A DNA stretch of 64,000 nt from Octopus vulgaris (Eukaryota): NCBI GenBank assembly GCA_951406725.2, contig OX597835.1:1860001-1924000 (forward strand), given 5' to 3'. A program made the translations under genes and the position numbers. Below the pieces are notes generated by a model. That model had not been told where the DNA came from. It worked only from the letters and a program-made list of their open reading frames with translations, and ran no database searches. Positions 25,018-38,429 of this stretch are shown piece after piece. The first letter of the stretch is position 1. Each line of letters opens with the position of its first letter.

Positions 25018-27535
25018 TGGTGGCGAAGTGTCAGGGCATGTCCTAAAGGTATGGGGATAAGAATATAAATGGGATGGTAAAGCATTTCTGAGGGTGAAGG
25101 AATAGAGAGTTCACATGACTGCAAAGAGGGGATGAGAATGCATGACTGGTGAAACCTGGGTATACAGAAGGGGCAGGGGCAACAGGCTAGCAGCTGTACG
25201 GGTATGTGCCCTAGAAAGAAATGTCCAAGTCACAGATACATAGTCAACTCTGAACAAAATAAATCTTGAGGCATATATCTACACACACACACACACACTC
25301 TCTCATCCTTTACATGTATCACATACCGAGATAGTTTTCTCTCTTGCACACTAAACCTGACTCCTCGTGTATCCACCTCGTCTCTCGGCTCATGTACTCT
25401 CCAACACTTGATACACTCTAAGCTTACACATCCCATGAAGAACACTTGCTTCATTTTCTTTCCAGCCTCCACAATCCTCATACAATTTCCCCATCACTAA
25501 GAGAAAAATTTATTGCTGCCAACAGAAGAAATAACTCTTTGATTTTTCCCCCACCATTCTTATTCTAGCTACTACACTTGTAGAATACTCACTACCATGA
25601 GTTAATGTCACCTGCATAACAAAACGGCCATTAACTACATTTACAGAACCTTCAAACCATTTAAATGAATCTATGCTCATGTGTGCTTTTATTGAGCAAA
25701 TTGTAAAATATCTACCTATATCTATAAATATATTATACATACATACATACATTCATTGTGTTTGTATGTGAGTATAATGTGACTTAAATATCAGTGAAAG
25801 TAGATAGATGTTCTGAAAGCATAGTAGCCAGTGTTGGAACAGACTGAAAAAGACTGAAGGACAAATTGTATGCTTCTGTATAAACTAGTGGTGCATGTTA
25901 GTAAGATGTGAGTAGTGAATGCAGAGAATTCCAGAAGATGAGAAAAATAAAGTGAGCACAAATTAAGTGAATAGAACTGGGTTAGGGTTAGAAACAAGAG
26001 GTGTTCATTCGACCCATCTAAGGGGTTAGTAACTCTTGTTTAAAACTAACCCTAACCGGATACAAACATAATCAGAAGCAGTTTTCAAGAGAAAATTATG
26101 AGTATTTGATGGATATAGAGGATGATAGCTGTACAAAGCAAGTTAAGATACTTGAAGTGAATGGAATATGTGGAAAACAGAGACCTCAGAAAATACACAG
26201 CAGAGTGGCGACTACCGAACTAAGAATATTGAGTCTCACAAAGGCAACGACAAAGAGACAATGATAGGAAAGACAGTTCTTGAGAAGAACCATTCATCTG
26301 TGCAAGAACAGCAAAAAAACCAAAAAAAAAAAACCGAAATGATGGTAGCAACGGAAGCTGGAAAGTATATGTATCCATATTTGTATGTTTGGGAAGAGGG
26401 CAGTAAGTGGAAGTAAATGGAAATTTAAAAGTGGTGATTAGGTAAGAGACACACTTGCTACTTTAAAAGTGTTTTATCAAGATGCCTATGTATGAAGGGT
26501 AGCATCAGATCTATTCCTTGCCAATACATTGTATTTTCAACGTTTCTGTGCAGCCAGCTATCACTGATGCTCCCCCCAGGCAAACTGTTATTGAAGTCCC
26601 TCAATAGGCCTCCTCAGACTGAACAGAGACTTCCCAGTTGGGAACCTCAGTTCAACCAGGAGGATCCAGGAATATACCAACAAATAGTGAATGCAGCAAC
26701 AGCAGATGGCCCCATAATTTTCTTACTGCCACCCATCAATATTACCACCCAGGACTTGATCCCTCTCCTGCACCAGCAAACAAGCAGTTGCCATTACCAT
26801 CTCTCATGCTTTTCATCCACTCATACTAGTCCATCTGTCTTTTGGTCACCTCCTCTTGGTAACACTGCCTAAAATCAAACATCAGAGAGTGTTGAAGACA
26901 TCTCAAGCTTGCTCAGTACAAGGCAGCAACAGCAGTGCTGGTGCCACAATAAAACATATCCAGTACAAACAAGCAGAGATAACAGAGGGTGTAGAAAGTT
27001 GTTTGAACTGAACAAGGACACTATTCACTCAAGCATTCGGGCATCCAGTTGTAGAAACCATGCTAAAAATGGAATGCAGATGCAAGATGTGCTCATCCAA
27101 CCCATCTAAGAGGGTAGTAACTCTCATTAAAAACTAAGTAGGCCTGTGAGGACCTGTCCAGTCCACATCAGCATGGAAAACACAAGTAAAATGATGATAT
27201 ATACAAATTATATTAATTAAAATGCTGAACATTGTCATCTCATGTCCACACTTCATGTTGGCATGGGTTAGAGGTGTTGTCATAATCAGAGTCAGTTCTT
27301 ATTTAGAGTCACTGTCCTCATAGAGAGGTCAGAAGTCCATGCCATGTCCTTCTAATTACCAGCCACTTACAGTGTACTAGAGACACACACAGACACATAC
27401 ACCAAATATACACATTCTTCTACTCTCTCTCCTTTTCCATATGTGTGTGTGTGTTTTATGTCTTTTCTTTGCTTGCACAAGTTTTTCAATCTTACTACAA
27501 GCCTCTTACAACACCGATATGCAAGGTACCGATAT

Positions 27536-27571
<36 letters not shown>

Positions 27572-27717
27572 CATCATTGCTTAACATATGCCTTCCATGC
27601 TGGCATGGGTGGGATGGTTTCACAAGAGCCAGCCAGGCAGAAGCCTGCACCAGACTTCTGTGACTGTTTTGGCAGGATTTTTACAGCTGGATGCCCTTCC
27701 TAACACCAACCACTCAG

Positions 27718-27752
<35 letters not shown>

Positions 27753-28601
27753 TAAGAGGTACACTTGGGCAAGTGTCTTCTACTATACTCAGACTGGCCA
27801 GCCATGCCGTGTCAGTGAAATTTGGTAGATGCAATTTGAATGGAAGCCTATTGTGTGGGATTCCGGGTGACATCACACTGGCAGTATTTAGGGGACAGTA
27901 ATGCTCATTTACACACATTATATCTTGCAGCCCGACAATTTTAATTTCAGTTGGTGATGACCAGTGGAATAAAAAATATCACACTAAAAAACAAAGACTG
28001 GCAATAGGATGGCCATCAAGCCATACAAAACTAACTCAAAATGTCTGGTGGAATTCCTGTCAACATACGGAATGCATATGTAAACACACAGATACACATT
28101 AATGGTTATTTGTATAGAAACAGAGATTCCAAGCAGGAAAGGAAAAAAATGTTCAATCAATGATTTGATATGAACCCATGGTCAAAATCTTGTGCAGTAC
28201 AAAACTGAAACATGTAGCTTTGTCATGCTGGAAAGCGTAAACTAAAACCAATGTTACATTCAGAATTAAAATAGGCTGGAATAACAAATTTAGAAAGACA
28301 GAAGAAGATATCACAGAAGTTTCCAAAGTGAGTGAAACGTGGGAAGCACACACATTTCTCAGTGTGTGCCAATTTTCTTTCTACATGCATGCGCACACGT
28401 GTATAAATGGCTTATGAGGAAGCAAAGAGGGATGCATGCCCACAAATTTCATTCGAAGCATAGCAACCATCCAAAGTGCCTGTTGTGGAAAAAAGAAATC
28501 ACCAGAGCAGTATAAATAAGAAAATATGTAATTATTATTTTTGAAGTTGGAGAGGAAGTTAAAAAAATAAAAATGAAAATACTGTTGTTTTGTTTTTTTA
28601 A

Positions 28602-29215
28602 CCACTGTTTTGTTGAGTCCAGAAGCCTGCTCTTAAGAGTATCTCAGACTGACTTTAAGCTGAATACAATCTAGTTTTAGTCAACATATTTCACACAGCA
28701 ATTACATACATGCATACACATGCATATATAACTACATGAAAACACGCAAATATATATATGTATACACACACAGATACATAGTAAACACACACAAATACAC
28801 GTTTATAATTTATATGTACAAACACCCAGATACATATTAATATATGCAATAAGCCCGTATTATACATATTTCTGCATATCCTTCACAAACTATACACACC
28901 TCCACTACCCACCATAATTGCTTATATCATCTAAAGAAATAATACTCGACAAAATATATTCGTGTGGCTATAACTGAGGGAAAACTTTCAGACTTTCTCT
29001 TTTCATCATAAAAGTGATTTTGGAAAGAAAAGAAAAGAAAACATTTCGTTTTTGTATTTGGTTTGCAAGATTCTTTCTGTGAATTCATGTGTTGAAACGA
29101 ATTCTGTTGTGTCTGGCGACAGCCATTACACCAATACTTATAACACACGCACCTGTCCAATTCCACTCTTTCATTATTAGTCACTTGGTTAAATATCTAT
29201 CCAACCAACTAACTG

Positions 29216-29249
<34 letters not shown>

Positions 29250-29370
29250 ATGTAATTACTGTGAACGTTGACTCAAACTAGATTGTATTTAACAGAGTAA
29301 GTCAGTCTGAGAAACTTTTAGGACCAGGCTTCTGGACTCGACCCACGACCTTTTAATAGTAAAGTAGTGG
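28602..29370. mobile_element. Non-autonomous DNA element with ~75-bp subterminal inverted repeats
   Basis: gagtccagaagcctg...ctcagactgact...aatacaatctagttttagtcaac (28612-28687) is the reverse complement of 29266-29342; ends ccact / agtgg. Confidence 0.75.
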
Positions 29371-31734
29371 AATTGAACCAGTGCATGTGTTATTAATATT
29401 GGTGTAATGGCTCTCCCTAGGCACAACAAAGGAAAATATTGTTGCAGTAGATATATGTTTATATATCATGTTCCTTTTCGTCTTGAGGGAGAGTAATGAA
29501 GATTGAAGTTTTGAAATAAATGAAGACAAAAAATGTTAAATTTCATCATCCACCACAACTTTGAAAATGTTCTTGTTCCTTTAAGGAGGAGCATGCTTGT
29601 ATAGTTTAATAATTGCTAGAATCCTATGCAATATTAAAGGCAATAAGTATGAGGTGGGTGACGCAGCACCCAAAAGCTGTTAGCAGCAGAAACGGTGGCA
29701 AGATGGTTTTTCTAAGGCTCTGAAGATCAATTTCTTCTGATAAATATGATAATTTACAAAAGCAAATGTGATAATTATCAAACTAAATAATAAGAAAAAG
29801 AGGAGGGGAAATAAAATCAAAGAACCTCATAACAGATTGGGATGTGAAAATATGCTTACAAAGTAAGGTTTCAGTCTTCTTCTTGTCTAGCAAACTCAAT
29901 ATTTTTTTTTCAACCTGAAATCTGAAGTATTGTTGGAAAAAAAAAAAAAAAAGAAAAAAAAAACAAAGCATTAAAACTAAAAATAAAAAAGTTTTAAAAA
30001 AATAAAACAAAGCACAAATATTAACATTGATTTGCTACAACATAAAATGGCTACAAATGCAACAGAGTTAATAAGAGCAACAACGATGGAAGAGTCTACT
30101 TCTAAACTGAAAAGCTCAAAATTAACAACATCAGTACTGGACAGATGAAACAATTATACTAATTATACTTATTGCTTTAATTATATGCAAGATTAAATGA
30201 AACGAAGTGTTTGCAAATATAGTCACTTAAGAATTATATAAAGGAACATGTATTGACTCTATTTAACAGAGTGAAGACAGCAGTAATCATTCACTCCTTA
30301 ACTACCAAACATCTGATGAAACATTGTTATTTATTCATAATAAAACAGACAGAAGATGACATTTTGGGGAGGGGAAAAAAACACACACAGATGTCACCAT
30401 AGATGAACATAGACCTACAGTCATTTTACTGAAGAAAATGGCTAAAACAAATTATAAAATATATTTGCAGCAAATAACTTGCTATGGATATAAAATGTGA
30501 CTTTATGCATGAAGCTCAAAAGCATAAAAACCATAATTTTCATTAACTTTTCACTGAGACAAAATGGAGAAAAAAAATTATGACAGAACTCTCAAGATAT
30601 ATTTTGCATAAATTAACAAAAAGCCGTCATTAAAAAAAATTAAAAATAAAAGCAATATATATGTTCGATCTTTACCAGAGCCATGCTGAAAGTCAGATGA
30701 GACATCTGGTGTTTTCTTGTCACATTAAAGTATGTGAATACTAAGTCTTTTTTTGAGAAAGACATATTCTAAAAGCTAGCAAGATTGTAGCAGAGAAAAA
30801 GCAAAGAAAAAAAAAGAAACTGCTCAAATAAAATAAAAGAATAACAAACAGTGTACTGCTATTTTTGCAAGGCATATCAGCATTGCATCTTAGTCTATCA
30901 CCACAATGAGTTAGTATTTAAAATATACACTTCTTAACTATTTCAATCATCTTACAAGACCATTAGAATTCCAGATGCTAAAACTGCCTTTCACAAGGCT
31001 TACACCATTCTATCAATGAAACAACCACATTTAGAAAAGACAAACATTATTTCAGTTGTATTTTGCCATAGCAAACTCCACAGAAGCAAAGATATTTCCC
31101 TGCATTTAAACAGCTTTTTAGGACTGAAAACACAAAACAAACACCGAAACTAAACTGATTTGACAGTGTTATCAAATTATGTAATGAATAAGAATTCATT
31201 TCTTCTTCTCGCTGCCATTTGAAGACTGATGGCTTCAGTTGCTATCAATTCTAAGACATCAGATAAGGAAATAACCAGCGAATCAACACACCTGCCCTAT
31301 ATTTAACAAATCAAAATATTAAAGCAACCAGTGAAAAGATTTCTAACCTTGGAACAACAACACACACTTCCTTAAAAATAAATCAATAGCTTTAGTCAGC
31401 TGATCAACCGTACAAGACTGGTACTTATTGCCAAACTGACAAGAATGGAATCGAGAATGTAAAGAAATAGCAGAAAGACACAAACGTTTCTGACACCTAT
31501 AACAATAAAGTCATGCAAAATACATATAATTTGATACTGATGATAGCCCCAAGTAAGTCTGACACAGCAGGCTTTATTATCAAGCCATTCCAGCCATGAC
31601 ATTCCTCTTTTTAACTTCTACTCAGTATCTGAAACAACATTCTCCAATGCATCTCTTTGGCAGGATGTGATAAGGGGAAACTGGTCTTCTGTTTCTTGTA
31701 GGTTGAGCAACCAAGCCGAGGTTCTTTTGCTGGA

Positions 31735-31757
31735 TCACAACGAAAATGACCAACGAA
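31735..31757 (-). CDS. Candidate short terminal exon (I)RWSFSL*
   Basis: Branch-like ttctgac plus atttcccattcaccag acceptor; followed by ~2.3 kb of repeat-poor, UTR-like sequence. Confidence 0.3.
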
Positions 31758-32394
31758 CTGGTGAATGGGAAATGTCAGAAATTAACAGAGAACAACTCAA
31801 ACGTACCAAATTACTGCCAGATATAACAATCCTCTCTTTCATGGCAACATTAGACAGTCTTAGTTTCAATAGAATAATGAAATGGAAACAAAAGCAGACT
31901 AACCTAAACTGTCGACAAAACAGATACAAAACAAAACTGAAGATTATTACAAGGTTAACATCCCTTTTAAACAACTCCCTAATCATTCATATTTTAATGA
32001 TAGCAATGGAACTAAAACCTTTGATTTCTTGCAGAGACACAAAGACCACAAATTTAAAAAAAATGCTGCAATTGAGTGAGTAAATAGATTGAAAATTCAA
32101 TATTCTTTCAGGAAGTTTACTTCTTTGTCTGTAAGTACTTGACAGCAAAAAAAAAAAAATTTTTTTTTTTTACCACTCCACATTGCAAAATGCTGTCAAA
32201 TACTAGGTCCAAACCATCCAACATTTAGGTACTGAGTTTATGTTGGAGACAGAGCCAATGGTATTTGGTAAGTGCCAGATTATCAGAATTATAACTATAA
32301 ATAAAATTCATTTGGAACAGCTACAGAATGAAAACAAGCAGAGAAGATTGAAACTCATTGTTCTTCAAGTAACAAAACATCAAAGGTAACTGCA

Positions 32395-32417
32395 CTATAC
32401 ATCACTGTCCATCTTAC
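32395..32417 (-). CDS. Candidate short terminal exon (S)KMDSDV*, or a recursive AG|GT splice site
   Basis: Long pyrimidine tract tgtttgtctttttctttatactaattcag followed by GTAAGATGGACAGTGATGTATAG. Confidence 0.4.
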
Positions 32418-33124
32418 CTGAATTAGTATAAAGAAAAAGACAAACAAAAAACAAAACCCTTGTAAGTTTTTAAAACAATATATTCACCTTATTCTGCAAG
32501 TTTGAAATTATAGAATCTTTTAATTTAGACTCATGCTCAACAATGGTTGCAATCAAAAATTAAAATGACAGATTTTTCAAGTTGAGCATTGTTGGTAATA
32601 ATCTGATAAGCTTCAGCTCTCAGCTTTTCAATCCACTGCTGGTATACAGTCACTTTAAACCAGACTTTTTAGTTACGTTTAGAAAAGACTCATTCGTTAA
32701 TTAAATCAAAAGCCCTGATATGTAAAATTCTAAAGACAGAAGGTAATGTTCTGGTGCCTAGGCCAAGTGGTTAAGTTTGCTTTCAAACACTGAAGTCCTG
32801 GGGTTCAAACCCACTAGATGGCATCTTGGACAAATGTCTTTTATCATAGCTTCTGACTGACCAATGCTTTGTGGAAGCCTGCCAGACTGATTGTACTAGA
32901 AATTCAAAAAATCCAGCCTTGTTACGTAGTATCACACTAGAAGCTTACATAAATGGCATCTGTGTCAGTGGAATGGTCCACCACTTACATTCCAATTCAG
33001 TGAGCAGATAGTTCAGCTGATTAAGCAATTGTGCACTCATGAGTGAAACTGACAGAAATATAGGGTGGTGGGGGAGGTGGAATCATTAGAGTGTCACAAA
33101 AACAATGCACGAGGGTGTTTGTTC

Positions 33125-33288
33125 AGTCTCTTTACATTCTGAGTTCAAGTCCCACTAAGGTTAACTTTGCTTTTCATCCTTTTGTTACAAGGAAATAAAA
33201 GCACCAGTCAAGAACTGGTGTCAGTAGTGTCAACTAAACCCGTCTCCTCCAAACTGCTGGCCTTGTGCCTAAATCAGAAATCATTATT
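33125..33288 (+). mobile_element. Nin-like SINE fragment
   Basis: ttctgagttcaagtcc...actttgcttttcatcctttt. Confidence 0.6.
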
Positions 33289-35459
33289 TCTAATAGTTTA
33301 GAACAGTTGGAGAGAAATATTTTCATGAAGATTGACCGGTCAGTATGTGTACTGGTAAAACAATTTGACTTCTTCTTTGAGAGAGAAAAATAGATGTGAA
33401 TTAGATAACATTAAATTCAGATGATTTCAGAGTCACTAATGATAATAATTCACACATAGAAGTGTCACACAAACGACACCGTAAATAGACAAGTTCAACT
33501 GAACTTATAAAATTAAAGTAGTTGCTGTTTAGTTCCAAATTCAAACTCATCATGAATTTCAGTTAAGACCATTCTGATTTATTTTCCATAGTGTACTTAG
33601 GATACCATCATCCACTGTGTCCATTTGAGAAGTTTTGACTATTATTTGAGGGAGACTTAGATGCTATTTTTAACATATCAAGCAATTATACAAAAGCCCC
33701 TTCACTGGTTTATTAAAAAAAGGATATTTTTAATGTGAAGTTGAAATCAGTTTTTAATATTTACAGAAAAACAATTTTAAACTAAAATAAATTTTTTTTT
33801 TTTCAAATTAGTGGCTGATATAATTTCTTTTTGCCAAATATTTAATCAGAATGAATAATTCTTAGAAAAATAAATGAAATATTAAAACCCAAATGCAATA
33901 TACTAATAATGAACTCAATGTTTAGCAATTTCATCAAATAAATATTCATGCCTAATCAAAAAAGAGTGTCTTACCAAAATGTAGAATTTTAATCTTTTTA
34001 AACTTGCAGAGAATAGCTTTAGAACATTAATTTCTTTTTATATGAACAGGAAGATGAAGGTACTCACAACAAACTGAATAATATCATTAGACTTTCAATA
34101 TATTCTAATGAAAAATAAAATTTTAAATGTACAATTCTTAAACGTTAGGTACAATAGTTGGGAAGCTTAGCTGCTGGACAAATGACCCCTTGATTCAAGT
34201 TTAAACACCACAAGAGTGAAAAACTCACTTCTAGGTAAACCACAGAGCCTGTCTGACCTTATTAAAATGGTTAACGATAATTGGAAGAATAGCAAAAAAA
34301 AAAGTACAACTGATCCCAACAGTATACAAATATTTAAATAAGGGAGGGAGAGAAACCCCCCCACCATCCCACCCACGTGTAAAAATGGATAAAACAAACA
34401 ACTGAAAATTTTTTTTAAAAATGTCAAATTATAATTTTATTGGCAGTTATCTTAATAGCAAACTGATTCCATCATGTGATACTGAAATCACCAACAAAGA
34501 CATTCAGGTAGGCTAATATCTCATGGCCACTTCATATGAGTGTGAGTGCGTGTGTGTGTGTGTGTGTGTGCATGTGTGTGTGTGTGTAACACCTGTACAA
34601 AGTCCATGTTCACACACAAATGAATAAGGTTTATTTGCAACACTGAGTGTGATGTGATGAAGAATTTCAATTTAAAAAATAAAGGCATATATAATAGCCA
34701 GAGTTTGTAATCCATTCTATACTGTTCTGTAAACAATATGACAATTTATTTTACAAATTTTCTTGGAACAGACTTCTTTCAATTTTTTTTTTTTCCAAAA
34801 AACATATTTTTCTCTCCAAAATTTATCACTTTTCACAAATAGACCCAGCCAAATCTACAATTCTATTTATTTATTTTCAGTTTGATATATTTTTTTCAAA
34901 TGTTAAACTATGTGCAGAAAATACGTTTTAGTTTGAAAACAAAACAATAGTCCCAAATTAACAGGTTCTATTGTATGTACAACATATATTGTTTGTGTGT
35001 GTGTACTCTTTTAGAGTTCAAGTTAAAAAGAATGAGTAATAATCTATTTATTTGGCTGGAATGGTAATGGTTGTTTGAGGCCATTTTATTTTTAATAATT
35101 TTGAAGTTTTACAATTAAAAATATGAAAAAATAATTTCATTTCTCTGAATTAGACCAAAAAACAATTCCTTTCACCTTTATAAACAGAGAATGTTTGTGT
35201 ATGTGGAAGTAAGTTTCACATTCTAGCAGCGTATTTAATACAACAAAATATTACGCTGTGTGTTGAGTAGAAACTGAGAAGCCAATGTACACACACTGAT
35301 CGGGTTAAATGCAGTAGGAACAATGCTTTCTTTAGCTTCACCACAGTGATAGTAGCAATAGACAAACCATTAGGCTCATACCCAAGACTTGGGGCTGATC
35401 TCTTATTTTTCCCCCTAATTGCAAAATCCCAGTGTCTTTTCCTCTTTTAATCCACCATA

Positions 35460-35719
35460 TTATGGTCTATGCTTTGGAACCATGCTTCGACGTTGTTCTG
35501 GCAGAATTCCACGTAACTTTGCGTTATCGTGTGAATTTCCAATGGGCAAAGGCAAGCCCGAGGCGCGGAGACTCGGCCGATCTCCAGTCGATGGTGTGGC
35601 CAGTCTGCTCTCACTCATTTTACTATCAGTTATGGCTTCAAAGGATTCCGAGTCCCTGGTGGCCAGGGACAGACGCGTAGGTAGTTTATCCTTACACCGA
35701 GCTTGAAGACCACGAGAAT
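35460..35719 (-). CDS. CSNK1D: Alternative terminal exon of CK1 delta/epsilon: (N)SRGLQARCKDKLPTRLSLATRDSESFEAITDSKMSESRLATPSTGDRPSLRASGLPLPIGNSHDNAKLRGILPEQRRSMVPKHRP*
   Basis: Acceptor cttcttttctgtcactcag; 86 codons to TAA in phase 1; GC- and CpG-rich island in AT-rich intron; Ser/Thr/Arg-rich like a CK1 tail. Confidence 0.75.
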
Positions 35720-36678
35720 CTGAGTGACAGAAAAGAAGTCTGAATCAGCAGACGAAAATTACTCCTGGAGTTAGAGAAGAGGTGAAAAGGAGGGAGGGAA
35801 GAGGAAACAAGAAAGCCAGAAGGAGTTCACACCCTTGTTGAAATGGGGAGGAAGAGGAGGAGGACACACCATTTCATGCTTGAATGCAACACATGCTCAT
35901 GGAGGGAGGAGGGAGTTGGACTTTTTTTAAACTGGTTTTCAGCAAAGATAAACACGTGGACCATGCTGCCCTCAGAACAGATGAACATTTATAGTTAGAC
36001 TAAACTCCAAAGCTGTTAACTGGGAATAAATAATGTTATCAAATATTAACAACAAAATCGTATTTACTGTAGCAGAATTCAGGAGACAAAAACTAATATT
36101 TTCATGCATTGACAACCATGGCTGAATGTCTGGAAATCTCATTATAATCATGCTATTGTAAGTGTGTGTATATACACATTCACACACATGTGTGTATATA
36201 AAATCAGAATTTAGGTAAAAACTTCAATGCCTGAGGCTCTTTTTATATGAAAGGAAATGGTTTTAGAAGCCCAAGGGAGAAAGAGAAACAGAATTCAGGT
36301 AAAAATGTCATGCATGGAAAGAATTAAAATAAATAAAACAAAATGAACAAAAGGCAAAACAACTAATTTGAAATTACAGTTAACGAGATTCTATGTATAC
36401 TCATGATTTGAATGAAAGATTGAGAGTTTCGACAATTTTAGAAATAAAGACAGTGAGAGAGTATGTGTGAGACTTACTCATGCATAAATGATACCTGGTG
36501 TTTGAAACAATTTTCATAATCAACATGAAATATTAATGTGTGTGTGTGTGTGTGTGGGTGAGTTTAGAAGTGATGGAAACTGGTCAACAATGCCCTAACA
36601 AAAATTCAAGCAAAATAAATTTTCTCAAAGTGTGTGTGTATATATGTATATACACACACACACATATATATATACAGT

Positions 36679-36966
36679 GGAGGCACATGGCCTAGTGGTT
36701 AGAGCAGCGTACTCGTGGTTGAGGGAATGCAGGTTCAAATCTCAGACTGGGCGATGTGTGTGCTTATGAGTGAAACACCTAAGCTCCACGCGGCTCTGGC
36801 AGAAGGTAACGGCCGAACTTCCGCTGACTTTTGCCACAATTTACTCTCACTCTTTCCTCCTGCATCTTGCAGCTCACCTGCAACAGATCGGCCTCCCGCC
36901 CAGATGGCGAACCTTTATGCCATGGAAACCGGCCCTATGAGCCAGGCGTGGCTTGAGAAGGAACAC

Positions 36967-36978
<12 letters not shown>
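36679..36978 (+). mobile_element. tRNA-derived SINE of a separate family, inserted in a (TA)n tract
   Basis: A-box tggcctagtggttaga, B-box ggttcaaatc and (CAA)n tail. Confidence 0.75.
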
Positions 36979-37001
<23 letters not shown>

Positions 37002-37310
37002 CATCAAGTGTTTTAAATCCGGATTTTGTAGCAATTAACGGGGTTGGCCAGATCTACCAGAATGCTATTAATTCAAAATAATGTGAATAAATAAGTGTTA
37101 CTTTCAACCTTATAACATGGATGTGAAAGGGTTGTGGGGCATCTTGCAGGCGTGAATCCACTGCAGCATGCTTCGGCTGTCGTCTTTGCTAACCTCAGCA
37201 ATTACCCACGGCAACAGCACCTGACACATTTCACTTCAGAAAAACCTTCAAGGCATTTCACACACTGCAACCCTGCAGGAAGATCTTTGAGAATGCACTC
37301 ACTCGCTTAC

Positions 37311-37493
37311 CTGAGCTTATTTTCCAACGAATAGTGATACATGCACCTGCACCACTGTATACGTCCTCATGCGCTCGTTTGCTGTACTGCCCAGTCACTG
37401 ACCGCACACATTTTGGCATGCAAAGCAACACCGCTATTCAAACTAATCCGAATAGCAGACTGTCCCGTATGCACTTCAACAATCCTCGCTCTC
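37311..37493 (-). other. Candidate 183-bp cassette/poison exon; phase-1 reading (R)ERGLLKCIRDSLLFGLV*
   Basis: Acceptor ttttgcttatcag and consensus donor CAG|gtaagc; CpG-rich island; stop codons in all three frames. Confidence 0.4.
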
Positions 37494-38429
37494 CTGATAA
37501 GCAAAATTTCTCCTCAACCATGCATTTCTTTTGTCTCCTTAAATCGTTTGTTCCCCCGGAATATCATTATGGAGGGGAGTGATGTAGTGCAGGTTGCAGG
37601 CATGAAGTGGATTCAATCCACCACAGCCACATTTAAATTAACAGTTCAACAGAACTTTTCTCACAGTGGAACAATGGTTTTTTCTTTTCTGTGACAGCAG
37701 TTTTACCTATGTCAGATGCCTTTAGCTAGGCCAAAATAATGCCTTCACCACTTGACCCTTATAACCTTTTCTACTTCACCAAAAGCTAGAATAGAGATAT
37801 CACAGTACCACCAACGAAGCCCATTGTTCTCAATGATATGTCTATCCTTCTGGACAGTTATAAAAGCAAGAACCCCAAGCAAAACTCAGTTAGTGATTTG
37901 GTGACAACTTAATCAGTTAGTTAATGAATGACAAACTTGAGTCAGAGACAGCTACCATCAGTTAGGGAGCAGAATGCTTGAACCATGATCCAAAGCAAGG
38001 CAAGCTACTAAAGACAATGGTCAAATGGAGAAATGAAATTTACTGCCAGCAGCTATGAGACCCAACTTCCCACACTCTCTCACTTTGTCTTCTCTGCACT
38101 ATTACCATATCTCTCTCTATGGTTTACTACTATAATATAAACACACAGGCCAAACTTTTTTTTTACTTTGCACAACTCTAAAATTTTATTCACCTGCCCG
38201 TCAAGGCAAGGTATATTCAATGTAACAGTAAATAAATATTTTTCACAACTTCAACCACTGTTCTTTCATCTTTACACACTGATTACGACTCTTGACATTC
38301 CACCATACTGTGTATCGACTATTGTCTTCCTATATTATTGTTGACTAAATAATCTTCATCCATTACAGGGTTTAAACACTGATTAGTTCAGAATAAATTT
38401 TACTTATGCTCATAAACTATTTTGAAGCA

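Noticed and set aside
31667-32083. Plus-strand 138-aa ORF with an acceptor-like tcttgtag at ~31700
   Set aside because: No homology or partner exons; composition fits the antisense of AT-rich intron/UTR.
34167-34300. Possible 20/29-nt exon ending GAA|gtgagt
   Set aside because: Weak taag/acag acceptors; the length would shift frame into the conserved last exon.
36679-36752. Possible tRNA gene
   Set aside because: Has A/B boxes but continues into a SINE body and (CAA)n tail, without a proper acceptor stem.
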